Assembly: GCF_000017305.1 (NCBI RefSeq)
Contig: NC_009664.2
Span: forward strand, 3,030,001-3,062,000
Length of the DNA: 32,000 bases
From: Kineococcus radiotolerans SRS30216 = ATCC BAA-149
GTDB lineage: Bacteria > Actinomycetota > Actinomycetes > Actinomycetales > Kineococcaceae
Reading direction: 5' to 3'
In this document: piece by piece, positions 1 through 8,368 of the stretch
Layout: every line of letters starts with the position of its first letter
How positions within the stretch are numbered: the first letter of the stretch is position 1
The notes under the pieces: generated by a model
Seen by the model: only the letters and a program-made list of their open reading frames with translations
The model's database searches: none
Told to the model about the DNA's origin: nothing
Made by a program: the position numbers and the translations under genes

Positions 1-202
1 GCCACGGGCTCGGCGTCCCGACCCGCCAGGAGAACACGAGCCCGCCCAGGAGCGTGGCGACCAGCCCGATGACGACGTCGGCGCGGGTCCCCGCCCCGGA
101 CCGCAGCAGCGTCGGCGCGGGAGCGGCGCCGCGCGCGGCGGGGACCGCGCCGGCGGGGGGCCCGGGGTCCGCGCGGGTGCTCGACAGGTCGACCTCGCTC
201 AA
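1..202 (-). CDS. 5' part of a membrane protein gene running off the left edge (possible envelope glycosyltransferase)
   Basis: The minus frame is open from TTG at 202..200 to the window edge. The translation is LSEVDLSSTRADPGPPAGAVPAARGAAPAPTLLRSGAGTRADVVIGLVATLLGGLVFSWRVGTPSPW. Codon position 3 is almost entirely G/C, and there is a hydrophobic helix. The ORF begins 7 nt after the dprE2-like stop. The start codon is uncertain. It is absent from the ORF track because it is truncated. Confidence 0.35.
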   Translation of the reverse strand, partial: MSEVDLSSTRADPGPPAGAVPAARGAAPAPTLLRSGAGTRADVVIGLVATLLGGLVFSWRVGTPSPW

Positions 203-209
203 GGGTCCG

Positions 210-989
210 TCAGAGGGGGAGCTTGCGGAACACGGGCGCGGGCACGTGGCGCAGCGCCGACATGACCCAGCGCATCGGCTCGGGCGCCCAGACGGTCTCC
301 TTGCCGCTGCGCACCGCGTCCACGGCCACCTCCGCCACCTGCTCCGCCGACACCGACAGGGGGGCCGCCTTGAGCCCCTCGGTCATCTTGGTGGTGACGA
401 AGCCGGGACGCACGACGACCACGCGCACCCCGCCCGGGCGCAGGGCCTCGCGCAGGCCGGTGAAGAAGGCGTCGAAGCCGGCCTTGGAGGAGCCGTAGAC
501 GAAGTTGGAGCGCCGGGCCCGCTCGCCGGCGACGCTGGACAGCGCCACCAGGACCCCGTGGCCCTGCTGCTGCAGCCGCGCGGCCAGGTGCACCCCGAGG
601 TTCACCGGGGCGGTGTAGTTGACCGTCGCGACCCGCACGGCCTCGGAGGCGTCCTGCCAGGACACCTCGTTGTCCCCGAGGACGCCGAAGGCCAGCACCG
701 TGACGTCCACGTCGCCGAAGGGCCCCTCGAAGCACTCCTGCACGACGCGGGCGTGCCCCTCGAGGTCGGTGGCCTCGAAGTCCACCGCGCGCACCTCGTG
801 CCCGCGCCGGTGCAGCCGGTCCACCGCGGCCTCCCGGCGCGCGCCGGGGCGGGCCGCCAGGGTCACCCGCAGCGGGCGCTCGGGGCTGAGGCGCTCGACG
901 ATGGCGAGGCCGATGTCGGAGGTGCCCCCGAGGAGGAGGACGGAGCGCGGGTTCCCGAGGGCGTCGATCACAGGGCTCGACACTAGCAA
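210..989 (-). CDS. dprE2: Short-chain dehydrogenase, DprE2-like (decaprenylphospho-erythro-pentofuranosid-2-ulose 2-reductase family)
   Basis: ORF track 210..989 (259 aa). It has the Rossmann motif LLLGGTSDIGLAI and the SDR catalytic segment NFVYGSSKAG. The C-terminus VWAPEPMRWVMSALRHVPAPVFRKLPL matches, along its whole length, my memory of M. tuberculosis Rv3791. The start is TTG at 989 or GTG at 983. Confidence 0.85.
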   Translation of the reverse strand: MLVSSPVIDALGNPRSVLLLGGTSDIGLAIVERLSPERPLRVTLAARPGARREAAVDRLHRRGHEVRAVDFEATDLEGHARVVQECFEGPFGDVDVTVLAFGVLGDNEVSWQDASEAVRVATVNYTAPVNLGVHLAARLQQQGHGVLVALSSVAGERARRSNFVYGSSKAGFDAFFTGLREALRPGGVRVVVVRPGFVTTKMTEGLKAAPLSVSAEQVAEVAVDAVRSGKETVWAPEPMRWVMSALRHVPAPVFRKLPL

Positions 990-1126
990 CGGCGGCCGCG
1001 GGCCCCGGACGCGACGACGCGCGCCCCGGGATCGTCACCCGACGGTGACCTGGTCCGCGGGGGACCCCCGCGCCCGTCGTAGCCTCCGGGGGTGATCCCC
1101 CCGCGCCGGCCCCCGCACCGCGCCCG

Positions 1127-2053
1127 GTGAGCGGTGTCCTGACCGGGTTCACCGTCGTCGCCTGCCTCGTCCTCGTCGGCTACGTCGTGGGCCGCACCGG
1201 GGTCCTCGGGCCCTCGGGGCAGGTGGTCCTGTCGCGGCTGGTGTTCTTCGTGGGGTCCCCGGCGCTGCTGGTGCAGACCCTGGCCGGCGCCGACGTCCAC
1301 GTGCTGCTCTCCGCGCAGCTGCTCGTCACCGGCGGCGGCGTCGCCGCCTGCGTCCTGGTGTGGGCGCTGCTGGCCCGCTACCGCTGGCGGATGCCGCGCG
1401 AGGACCTCGTCATCGGCGCGCTGGCCAGCTCCTTCGTCAACGCCGCCAACATCGGCCTGCCCGTCGCGGCCTACGTCCTGCAGGACCTCACGGCCGTGCT
1501 GCCGGCGATGCTCCTGCAGATGGTCGTGCTCAGCCCCGTCGCGCTGGGGATCCTCGACGTGGGCCGCCACCGCGGCGACGGCAGCCGCCGGGCCGCGGCG
1601 AAGCGGCTGCTGACCCCGCTGGTCAACCCCGTCCTGCTCGCCAGCGCCGTCGGGGTCCTGCTCTCCGCCACCGGCTGGGACCTGCCCGCGGCGCTGGCGC
1701 AGCCGCTGGACCTGCTGGCCGGCTTCGCCATCCCCGGGGCGCTGGTGGCGTTCGGGATGTCCCTGCACGGGCGCGGCCTCGCCGGCTGGCGCGACCCGCG
1801 GGTCCTCACGGCCAGCGCGCTGAAGTCCGTCGTGCAGCCCTGCGTCAGCTACCTCGTGGCCCGCCTGCTCGGCCTGGACGACGCCGCGGTCTTCGCCGCC
1901 ACCGTGGTCGCCGCGCTGCCCACCGCGCAGAACGTCTTCACCTACGCCGTCCGCTACGGCGTCGGGCGCGACCTGGCCCGCGACACCGTGCTGGTGACGA
2001 CGGTCCTGGTCGCGCCCGTCCTGGTGCTGATCAGCGTGCTGCTGCCGCACTGA
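1127..2053 (+). CDS. AEC (auxin efflux carrier) family transporter
   Basis: ORF track 1127..2053 (308 aa), GTG start. It is polytopic and hydrophobic throughout. The N-terminus FTVVACLVLVGYVVGRTGVL and the overall layout are typical of AEC/MdcF-type permeases. It is divergent from dprE2. Confidence 0.8.
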   Translation: MSGVLTGFTVVACLVLVGYVVGRTGVLGPSGQVVLSRLVFFVGSPALLVQTLAGADVHVLLSAQLLVTGGGVAACVLVWALLARYRWRMPREDLVIGALASSFVNAANIGLPVAAYVLQDLTAVLPAMLLQMVVLSPVALGILDVGRHRGDGSRRAAAKRLLTPLVNPVLLASAVGVLLSATGWDLPAALAQPLDLLAGFAIPGALVAFGMSLHGRGLAGWRDPRVLTASALKSVVQPCVSYLVARLLGLDDAAVFAATVVAALPTAQNVFTYAVRYGVGRDLARDTVLVTTVLVAPVLVLISVLLPH

Positions 2054-2068
2054 CCGCGCCCGGCGCCC

Positions 2069-3031
2069 TCAGGCGCGCCACGCCTCCCAGGCGCTGGCGA
2101 CGATGTCGGTGAGGTCCTTCGTCGTGGACCAGCCCAGGGTGTCGTTGATGCGCGACACGTCGGCCACCAGCTGCGGCGGGTCGCCCGCGCGGCGCTCGCG
2201 GACGTCGGGCTGCACGTCGACGCCGGTGACCTCGCGGACCACCCGCAGCACCTCGAAGACGGAGGAGCCGGAGCCGGAGCCGACGTTGAACGTGTCGAAG
2301 GGGCGCTCGTCGGCGGCGAGGTGGTCCAGCGCGGCGAGGTGGGCCCGGGCGAGGTCCAGGACGTGGACGTAGTCGCGGATGCAGGAGCCGTCCGGGGTCG
2401 GGTAGTCGTCGCCGAACACCACCGGCGCGCGCCCCTCGTCCAGGGCGCGGAAGACGATGGGGATGAGGTTCATCACCGCCGCGTCGCCGAGGTCGCTCCA
2501 GCCGGCGCCGGCGACGTTGAAGTAGCGCAGGTTCGCCGCGCGCAGGCCCCAGGCGACCCCGGCGGCGCGGCTCATCCACTCCCCGACGAGCTTCGTCTGC
2601 CCGTAGGGGTTGATCGGCTCCGCGGGGCCGTCCTCGCGCACCAGGGCCGTCGCCGGGGCGCCGTAGGTGGCCGCGGAGGAGGAGAACACGAGCTTGCCGA
2701 CCCCGGCGTCCTCCATCGCCTGCAGCAGGTTCGCCGTGCCGCCGACGTTCTGCGCCCAGTAGCGGGCGGGCTTCGCGACGGACTCCCCGACCTGCTTGCG
2801 GGCCGCGAAGTGGATGACGGCGTCCACGTCGTGCTCGGCGAACGCGCTCGCCAGGGCGCCCGCGGCCGCGTCGGTGCCGAGGTCGACCTGCACCACCGGG
2901 GCGTCGCCGACGCGCTGCGCGCGGCCGTTGGAGAGGTCGTCGACGACGACGACGCGCTCCCCGCGCTGCTGCAGCAGCCGCACCACGTGGGATCCGATGT
3001 AGCCGGCACCGCCCGTCACGAGAACGCTCAT
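2069..3031 (-). CDS. galE: UDP-glucose 4-epimerase
   Basis: This is the last 320 codons of ORF 2069..5254, with an in-frame ATG at 3031..3029. It has MSVLVTGGAGYIGSH (NAD-binding GxxGxxG), YGQTK (YxxxK catalytic) and DGSCIRDYVHVLDLA. Confidence 0.9.
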   Translation of the reverse strand: MSVLVTGGAGYIGSHVVRLLQQRGERVVVVDDLSNGRAQRVGDAPVVQVDLGTDAAAGALASAFAEHDVDAVIHFAARKQVGESVAKPARYWAQNVGGTANLLQAMEDAGVGKLVFSSSAATYGAPATALVREDGPAEPINPYGQTKLVGEWMSRAAGVAWGLRAANLRYFNVAGAGWSDLGDAAVMNLIPIVFRALDEGRAPVVFGDDYPTPDGSCIRDYVHVLDLARAHLAALDHLAADERPFDTFNVGSGSGSSVFEVLRVVREVTGVDVQPDVRERRAGDPPQLVADVSRINDTLGWSTTKDLTDIVASAWEAWRA

Positions 3032-3038
3032 GGGGGCG

Positions 3039-3044
3039 ACTGTA
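3039..3044 (-). promoter_or_regulatory. -10-like hexamer TACAGT, 7 nt upstream of the galE ATG (leaderless candidate)
   Basis: The minus strand reads TACAGT-cgccccc-ATG. It fits the actinobacterial TANNNT -10 consensus, and the spacing would place the TSS at or near the start codon. Confidence 0.45.
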
Positions 3045-3078
3045 GCCAGCCGCACCGCCCCCGCCGCCGCCCCGGCCG

Positions 3079-3084
3079 TAGCCT
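3079..3084 (+). promoter_or_regulatory. -10-like hexamer TAGCCT, 7 nt upstream of the manA GTG (leaderless candidate)
   Basis: The sequence reads TAGCCT-cacccgt-GTG(3092). There is no Shine-Dalgarno sequence between them. This mirrors the galE arrangement on the other strand. Confidence 0.45.
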
Positions 3085-3091
3085 CACCCGT

Positions 3092-4300
3092 GTGCTGAGA
3101 CTGACCAACACCGTTCAGCCCTACGCGTGGGGTTCGACCAGCGCCATCCCCGAGCTGCTGGGCGTCGAGCCGGACGGCGGGCCCCAGGCCGAGCTGTGGA
3201 TCGGGGCGCACCCGGGGGCCCCCTCCGACGCCGAGGGGGTGGGTCTGGACGAGCGGATCGCCGCGGCCCCGGAGGAGTTCCTGGGCGACGGGGGGGCGGA
3301 CGCGGGGGGCGGGGCCCGGCTGGGGTTCCTGCTGAAGGTCCTCTCGGCCGCGGCGCCGCTGTCGCTGCAGGCCCACCCCGACCGGGAGACCGCCGCGCGC
3401 CGCTACGCCGAGGAGGAGGCCGCCGGGACCCCCCGCGACGCCGCGCACCGCCTCTACAAGGACACCGAGCACAAGCCCGAGCTCCTCCTCGCCCTGGAGC
3501 CGTTCGCGGCGATGGCCGGGTTCCGCGCCCCCGCCGCCGCGCGGGACCTGCTCGCCGGCCTGGAGCTGCCGGCGCTGCCGCCGGGCTCCCGGGACCTCTT
3601 CGCCGCGCTGCTGGACGTCCTCGCCGGGCCCGACGAGGGCGAGGCCCTGCGGGGGGCGACCCGGCTGCTGCTGACGGCCGAGGCGGGGGCGGTGGGCCCG
3701 CTGGTCGAGGCGGTGGCCCAGGCGTGCACCGCCTCCGAGGACCCCTCCGCGCGCTGCGTCGTGGAGCTGTCCGGGCACCACCCGGGGGACCCGGGCGTCC
3801 TGGTGTCGACGCTGCTGAACCAGGTGCGCCTCGCCCCGGGGGAGGCGCTGTACCTGCCCGCCGGCAACGTCCACGCCTACCTGGCGGGCACGGGGGTGGA
3901 GCTCATGGCCAGCTCCGACAACGTCCTGCGCGGGGGCCTGACCCCCAAGCACGTCGACGTCGCCGAGCTGCTCGACGTCCTCGACTTCCGGGTCCTGCCG
4001 CCGCCGCTGCTCGCCCCCCGCGTCCTCTCCGAGCACCAGCGGGTATTCGCCCCCGGCGACGTCGACGACTTCGCCCTGACGGAGCTGACCGTCGTGCCCG
4101 GGGAGGAGACCCGCTGGGAGCGGGCGGTCCCGCGGGCGGTGCTGGCGCTGGAGGGGTCGGTGCGGCTGGTCTCCGCCACCGGCGCGCAGGACCTCGCCCG
4201 GGGGGAGGCGGTGTTCGTCACCGCCGCCGAGCACCCGCTGACGGTCTCCGGCGCGGGCCGGCTCGTCGCGGCCGGCCCCGGCGGTCCCGAGGCCCCCTGA
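3092..4300 (+). CDS. manA: Mannose-6-phosphate isomerase, class I
   Basis: In-frame GTG at 3092 within ORF 2321..4300. It has the motifs QPYAWGS, ELWIGAHP, LSLQAHPD and VHAYLAGTGVELMASSDNVLRGGLTPKHVDV, the type I PMI signature. Confidence 0.9.
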   Translation: MLRLTNTVQPYAWGSTSAIPELLGVEPDGGPQAELWIGAHPGAPSDAEGVGLDERIAAAPEEFLGDGGADAGGGARLGFLLKVLSAAAPLSLQAHPDRETAARRYAEEEAAGTPRDAAHRLYKDTEHKPELLLALEPFAAMAGFRAPAAARDLLAGLELPALPPGSRDLFAALLDVLAGPDEGEALRGATRLLLTAEAGAVGPLVEAVAQACTASEDPSARCVVELSGHHPGDPGVLVSTLLNQVRLAPGEALYLPAGNVHAYLAGTGVELMASSDNVLRGGLTPKHVDVAELLDVLDFRVLPPPLLAPRVLSEHQRVFAPGDVDDFALTELTVVPGEETRWERAVPRAVLALEGSVRLVSATGAQDLARGEAVFVTAAEHPLTVSGAGRLVAAGPGGPEAP

Positions 4301-4329
4301 CCCGCCCCGCCCCGTCCCGGTCCTGGCCG

Positions 4330-5406
4330 TCAGCCCCGGTCGGGCCCGGGACGGGCGCGGGCCAGCAGGCCCGCCAGCGCGGGCGCGGCCAGCAGCATCA
4401 CCAGCAGCCGCAGCACCTGCACCGAGAGCACGAACGTCGCGTCCGCCCCGGACCCCACGGCCGCGGCGAGCACGGCGTACAGCCCGCCCGGCGTCGTCGC
4501 GAGGTAGGTGTCGAGCTCCGGCAGGCCCGTCGCGCGCGAGAGCAGCACCCCCAGCCCGGCGCTGCCGAGCACGCCGACGACGACGAGCGCGACCGCCGCC
4601 GGCAGCACCCGGGCCACGGTGAGCAAGCTCGCCGGGGTGAACCGCAGGCCGATCTGCAACCCGATGAGGGCGTAGGCCACCTGCTGCACCGGGTCGGGGA
4701 CCACCGCCGCCCCGGACAGGCCCGTCAGGGACGCGACCGCGGCCAGCAGCAGCGGGCCCAGCAGGGTGTGGGCGGGCAGGTGCGCGCGCCGCCCCAGCCA
4801 GGGCCCGGCCAGCCCGCACACCACCACGAGCAGGACCCCGGCCCACGGGTCCCCGGCGGGAGCCGCCGCACCGCCCGTGGCCCGCACGCCGAAGACGACG
4901 TTGAGGACCACCGGCAGCGACAGCACGACGAGGAGCACCCGCACGTACTGCACGACGGCGACGACGCGCTCGTCCGCGCCGAGCTGGCGGGCGATGACGA
5001 CCAGCCCGCTGGCCCCGCCGGCGACGAGGGCGAACGCCCCCGTCACCGCGTCCAGGTCGCGGTGGCGGCCCAGCACCCACCCCGTCCCCAGGCTGAGCAG
5101 CAGGGTGGCGAGGGTGACGAGCAGGACGGGCAGCCAGTGCTCGCCCAGGGCGGCCAGCGTCGAGAGCTGCACGAGGGTCCCGATGGTCACCCCCACCGCG
5201 GCCTGCCCGGCCGTGCCCAGCCGGGCCGGCAGCGGGAAGGGGCGGGGCAGGCACAGGGCGTCCAGCAGGCCCACGGCCAGCCCCGCGAACAGGGCGGGGG
5301 AGGGCAGCCCGGCCCGGGCGAGCAGCAGGGTCGCCGCCGCCGTCGCCGCGGCCAGGGCCAGCGCGTGCGGGACCGGCGCGCGCCGGGCCCGCGGGGGGCG
5401 GGGCAC
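4330..5406 (-). CDS. AbrB-duplication family membrane protein (PF05145-like, 'putative ammonia monooxygenase' misnomer)
   Basis: This is the C-terminal 358 codons of ORF 4330..6015. GTG at 5406..5404 overlaps the upstream TAG by 1 nt (TAGTG). It shows two similar hydrophobic halves (GLAVGLL...GQAAVGVTIG / AYALIGLQIGLRFT). Confidence 0.75.
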   Translation of the reverse strand: MPRPPRARRAPVPHALALAAATAAATLLLARAGLPSPALFAGLAVGLLDALCLPRPFPLPARLGTAGQAAVGVTIGTLVQLSTLAALGEHWLPVLLVTLATLLLSLGTGWVLGRHRDLDAVTGAFALVAGGASGLVVIARQLGADERVVAVVQYVRVLLVVLSLPVVLNVVFGVRATGGAAAPAGDPWAGVLLVVVCGLAGPWLGRRAHLPAHTLLGPLLLAAVASLTGLSGAAVVPDPVQQVAYALIGLQIGLRFTPASLLTVARVLPAAVALVVVGVLGSAGLGVLLSRATGLPELDTYLATTPGGLYAVLAAAVGSGADATFVLSVQVLRLLVMLLAAPALAGLLARARPGPDRG

Positions 5407-6161
5407 TACGGGCGGGGGAGGGTGGCGGTGGTGCGTTCGGAGGCGACGACGGACGCGGACAGGGTCGCGAGGTCGGGGGTCAGCACGAGGGACCCGGTGC
5501 GGGCCCAGGCGGCCAGCGGCCCCGCCACGACGTCGCCGGGGCCGGCGTCGGTGAGCAGGCGCACCCGCGCCGGCCAGCCCGCCCCGGCCGCGGCGGCCCC
5601 GTCGAGCAGCTCCGGGTGGGTCAGGGTCCGGCCCTGCGCGGTCTCCAGCGCCGGGTCGTCCGGCCCCGGTGCGCGCACCGGGGCGTGGGTGTCGCCGTAG
5701 CCGGTGACGACGCGGGCGTAGTCCAGGACCCCGTCGGGCAGGGGCGCGCCGAAGCTCGTCGCGAGCGGGGCCAGCGCGACGGCGACGCGCTCCAGGGAGG
5801 CGTGGCGCGCGGCCGCCCCCGCCAGCACCCCCGCGTCGGCGGAGACCAGGACGTCGGCGGGGCGGTCCGCCCCCAGGCGCACCGCGGCGCCGGTGGACCA
5901 CACCGCCAGCTGCAGCACCAGCGTCTTCCAGTGGGTCGGCAGGTCGAGGGCGACGAGGGAACCGGGGCCGACCTCGAACTCCTCCTCGAGCAGGTTCGCG
6001 GTCTTGGCGACCCACGTGGAGAGGACGCGCGCGGACAGCTCCACGCGCTCGCCGGTCCGGGCGTGGTCGCCGCCGTAGAACGTCAGCCGGGGGGCGGTGG
6101 GGTCGTCGTCCACCAACGAGCGCAGCAGCGCGGGCACCGAGCGGGGGGAACCAGGGAGCAC
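5406..6161 (-). CDS. TIGR03089-like actinobacterial conserved protein (acyl-CoA synthetase N-terminal-like, function unknown)
   Basis: ORF track 5406..6161 (251 aa), GTG start. RLTFYGGDHARTGERVELSARVLSTWVAKTANLL resembles the substrate-free N-terminal part of adenylate-forming enzymes. It is comparable to Rv3268 as I recall it. Confidence 0.7.
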   Translation of the reverse strand: MLPGSPRSVPALLRSLVDDDPTAPRLTFYGGDHARTGERVELSARVLSTWVAKTANLLEEEFEVGPGSLVALDLPTHWKTLVLQLAVWSTGAAVRLGADRPADVLVSADAGVLAGAAARHASLERVAVALAPLATSFGAPLPDGVLDYARVVTGYGDTHAPVRAPGPDDPALETAQGRTLTHPELLDGAAAAGAGWPARVRLLTDAGPGDVVAGPLAAWARTGSLVLTPDLATLSASVVASERTTATLPRP

Positions 6162-6167
6162 GCGGTC

Positions 6168-6173
6168 ACCGTA
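6168..6173 (-). promoter_or_regulatory. -10-like hexamer TACGGT, 6 nt upstream of the TIGR03089-like GTG (leaderless candidate)
   Basis: The minus strand reads TACGGT-gaccgc-GTG(6161). Confidence 0.45.
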
Positions 6174-6236
6174 CGCGCGCCTCGGCGCGGTGGCGCCGCG
6201 TCCGGCGCGCGTGCCGGGGCGGGGCGCCGGCGGCGG

Positions 6237-6242
6237 TAGCGT
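6237..6242 (+). promoter_or_regulatory. -10-like hexamer TAGCGT, 8 nt upstream of GTG 6251 (leaderless candidate)
   Basis: The sequence reads TAGCGT-tccgcggc-GTG. There is no SD motif. Confidence 0.4.
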
Positions 6243-6250
6243 TCCGCGGC

Positions 6251-8356
6251 GTGAGCACCCCCCTGACGCCCCCCGCCGGCACCGCGGCGGGGACCGTCCT
6301 GACGCGGGTGCCCGTCGTGCTGGCCGCCGCCGTCGCGGCCCTGACCGCGGTCGCGGTGCCGCTGGTCCTGCTGGACCTGTGGACCCCGGCCGTCGCGGTG
6401 CCCGTCGGCCTCGTCGCCGCCGTCCTCGCCGGCCGCCTCGCGTGGGGGGTGCCGGCCGTCGCGGCGGGCTGGTGGGCCGCCGGCGGCAGCCTGGCCATCG
6501 CCCTGGCCGGCGGGCTGTGGGCGGCGCTCACCCACGCCGAGCACGTCGTGCTGCGCCGCGACGCCGGGTCGCTGGCGCTCTACGCCCACCACCTCGCCAC
6601 CCGCCACGGCCTGCCCGTCGACCCCGACCTCGCCGCCCTCGGCGGCGCGGCGGCGCTGGCCGACCCCAACCTCACGATCGCCTCGCCGGCGTTCTACGAG
6701 GTCGGCGACCACGTCGTCCCGCAGTTCCTGCTCGGCGCGCCGGCGCTGTACTCGCTGGGGGAGTGGGCCGGCGGCTGGACGGGCCTGTTCGTCGTGCCCG
6801 CGCTCCTGGGCGCGGCCGGGATCCTCGCCCTGGCCGGGTTCACCGCCCGGGTCGCCGGCCCCCGCTGGGCGCCGCTGGCCGCGGGCGCGTTCGCGCTGGC
6901 CCAGCCCGTCCTGCACGCCAACCGCTCCACCTACTCCGAGCCGCCCGCGCTGCTCGTCCTGGTCGGGGCCGCGTCGCTGCTGGTGGCGCTGGTGCCCGCG
7001 ACGGGACGCACCGCGGCCCGCCTCGGCGGCGGGGCGGGGCTGCTCCTCGGGGCGTGCGGGTTCGTCCGCATCGACTTCCTGCGCGAGATCGCCGTCCTCG
7101 TCCCCGTCGTCGCGGTCCTGCTCGTGGCGCGCCACCCCGGGGCCCGGGCGCTGCTGGCCGGCACGGCGGTGTCCTCGGTGCTCGCGGTGGCCGCGGCGCT
7201 GCTCACCTCCCGGCCCTACCTGGGGACGATCGCCGGGTCGCTGCTGCCGCTGGTGGCCGGGCTGGTGCTGCTCTGCGCCGTCTGCGCCGTCCTCGTCCGC
7301 CTCGCCCGCTCCGGGCGGCTGGCCCGCCTCCGCTGGCTGACCGGCGAGCGCCTGCCGACGGTGCTCGCCGCGCTGCTCGCGGTGGTCCTGCTCGTCCTCG
7401 CCAGCCGCCCGCTGTGGCTCGTCGTGCGCCAGGACCCGCAGGACCCCGGCAGCCGGCTCGTCGCGGGCCTGCAGCTGGCCCAGGGGCTGCCCGTGGACGG
7501 CGGGCGCACCTACGCGGAGCACTCCGTGGACTGGGTCGCCTGGTACCTGGGCTGGCCCGCGGTCGTCCTCGCCGGGGCGGCGGCCGTCCTGGCCCTGCCG
7601 CGGCTGGTGCGCGCGGTGCAGGGCGTCAGCCCGCTGCCGGTGTGGACCGTGCCCTACGTGGTGGCGATGGGCTCGACGCTGCTGACGCTCTACCGCCCCG
7701 GGATCACCCCCGACCACCCGTGGGCCGACCGCCGCCTCGTCGTCGTCGTGCTGCCCGCGGTGGTCGTGCTCGCCGTCGTCGCGGCGCGCGCGGTGGTGCG
7801 CCGCTACGCCCACCAGCGGCTCACCGCGCTGCGGGTGGCGATCGCCGCGGTGCTGCTGCTCGTGCCCGCCGCCGTCGCGACGCTGCCCGTGGCGGCCCAG
7901 CGCAGCGAGGCCGGGCAGCCGGCGGCCGTGGCCGAGGCGTGCGCGAGCTTCGGCGGGGACGACGTGGCCCTCGCCGTGGACCCGCGCTCGCGCAACGAGT
8001 GGCCGCAGGTCCTGCGCGGGACGTGCGGGGTGCCGAGCGCCTCCGTCGTCGTCCCCACGGCGTCCGGGGCCCCGGGCAGCGAGGAGTACTGGGCGACGCT
8101 GGGGGCCGCGGTGGAGCGCGCGGCGCAGCGCGTGCGCGCCGCGGGCGGGAACCCGGTGCTGGTCGCGGCGGGCGGGGACACCGACCCCGTGCAGGTGCTG
8201 ACCCGGCTCGGCGTCGCGCAGCCGCGCGTGGTCACCTCGATCCGCACCGGCGAGGACGAGCGGGTGCTGGAGGAGCGTCCCGACGGCCTGCAGCGCATCG
8301 ACGTGCGCCTCGTCACCGGCGTCGCGCCCGCCGCCGCCGCGCCCGCCGCTGGGTAA
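6251..8356 (+). CDS. Large polytopic membrane protein with a C-terminal soluble domain; putative GT-C-fold glycosyltransferase
   Basis: ORF track 6251..8356 (701 aa). It has more than 10 predicted TM helices over about 520 aa. A roughly 170-aa non-hydrophobic C-terminal domain follows (EAGQPAAVAEACASFGGDDVALAVDPRSRNEW...). It is the first gene of a co-directional cluster with GT2, GT4 and flippase-like genes. The fold assignment is inferred, not shown. Confidence 0.6.
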   Translation: MSTPLTPPAGTAAGTVLTRVPVVLAAAVAALTAVAVPLVLLDLWTPAVAVPVGLVAAVLAGRLAWGVPAVAAGWWAAGGSLAIALAGGLWAALTHAEHVVLRRDAGSLALYAHHLATRHGLPVDPDLAALGGAAALADPNLTIASPAFYEVGDHVVPQFLLGAPALYSLGEWAGGWTGLFVVPALLGAAGILALAGFTARVAGPRWAPLAAGAFALAQPVLHANRSTYSEPPALLVLVGAASLLVALVPATGRTAARLGGGAGLLLGACGFVRIDFLREIAVLVPVVAVLLVARHPGARALLAGTAVSSVLAVAAALLTSRPYLGTIAGSLLPLVAGLVLLCAVCAVLVRLARSGRLARLRWLTGERLPTVLAALLAVVLLVLASRPLWLVVRQDPQDPGSRLVAGLQLAQGLPVDGGRTYAEHSVDWVAWYLGWPAVVLAGAAAVLALPRLVRAVQGVSPLPVWTVPYVVAMGSTLLTLYRPGITPDHPWADRRLVVVVLPAVVVLAVVAARAVVRRYAHQRLTALRVAIAAVLLLVPAAVATLPVAAQRSEAGQPAAVAEACASFGGDDVALAVDPRSRNEWPQVLRGTCGVPSASVVVPTASGAPGSEEYWATLGAAVERAAQRVRAAGGNPVLVAAGGDTDPVQVLTRLGVAQPRVVTSIRTGEDERVLEERPDGLQRIDVRLVTGVAPAAAAPAAG

Positions 8357-8368
8357 GCTTCGCCCGCC

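Noticed and set aside
1080-1094. TAGCCT followed 6 nt later by GTG (1092), like the leaderless pattern seen elsewhere, upstream of the AEC transporter
   Set aside because: GTG 1092 is out of frame with the AEC ORF and terminates after 12 codons. The hexamer may still be the AEC promoter with a roughly 35-nt leader, but it does not define a leaderless start.
2069-5254. A 1061-aa minus-strand ORF that looks like a giant fusion protein ending in GalE
   Set aside because: Only the last 320 codons (from ATG 3031) look like a real protein. The upstream 740 aa are Arg/Gly/Pro/Ala-rich antisense read-through of manA and the AbrB-type gene, which have clear family signatures on their own strands. High GC suppresses stop codons.
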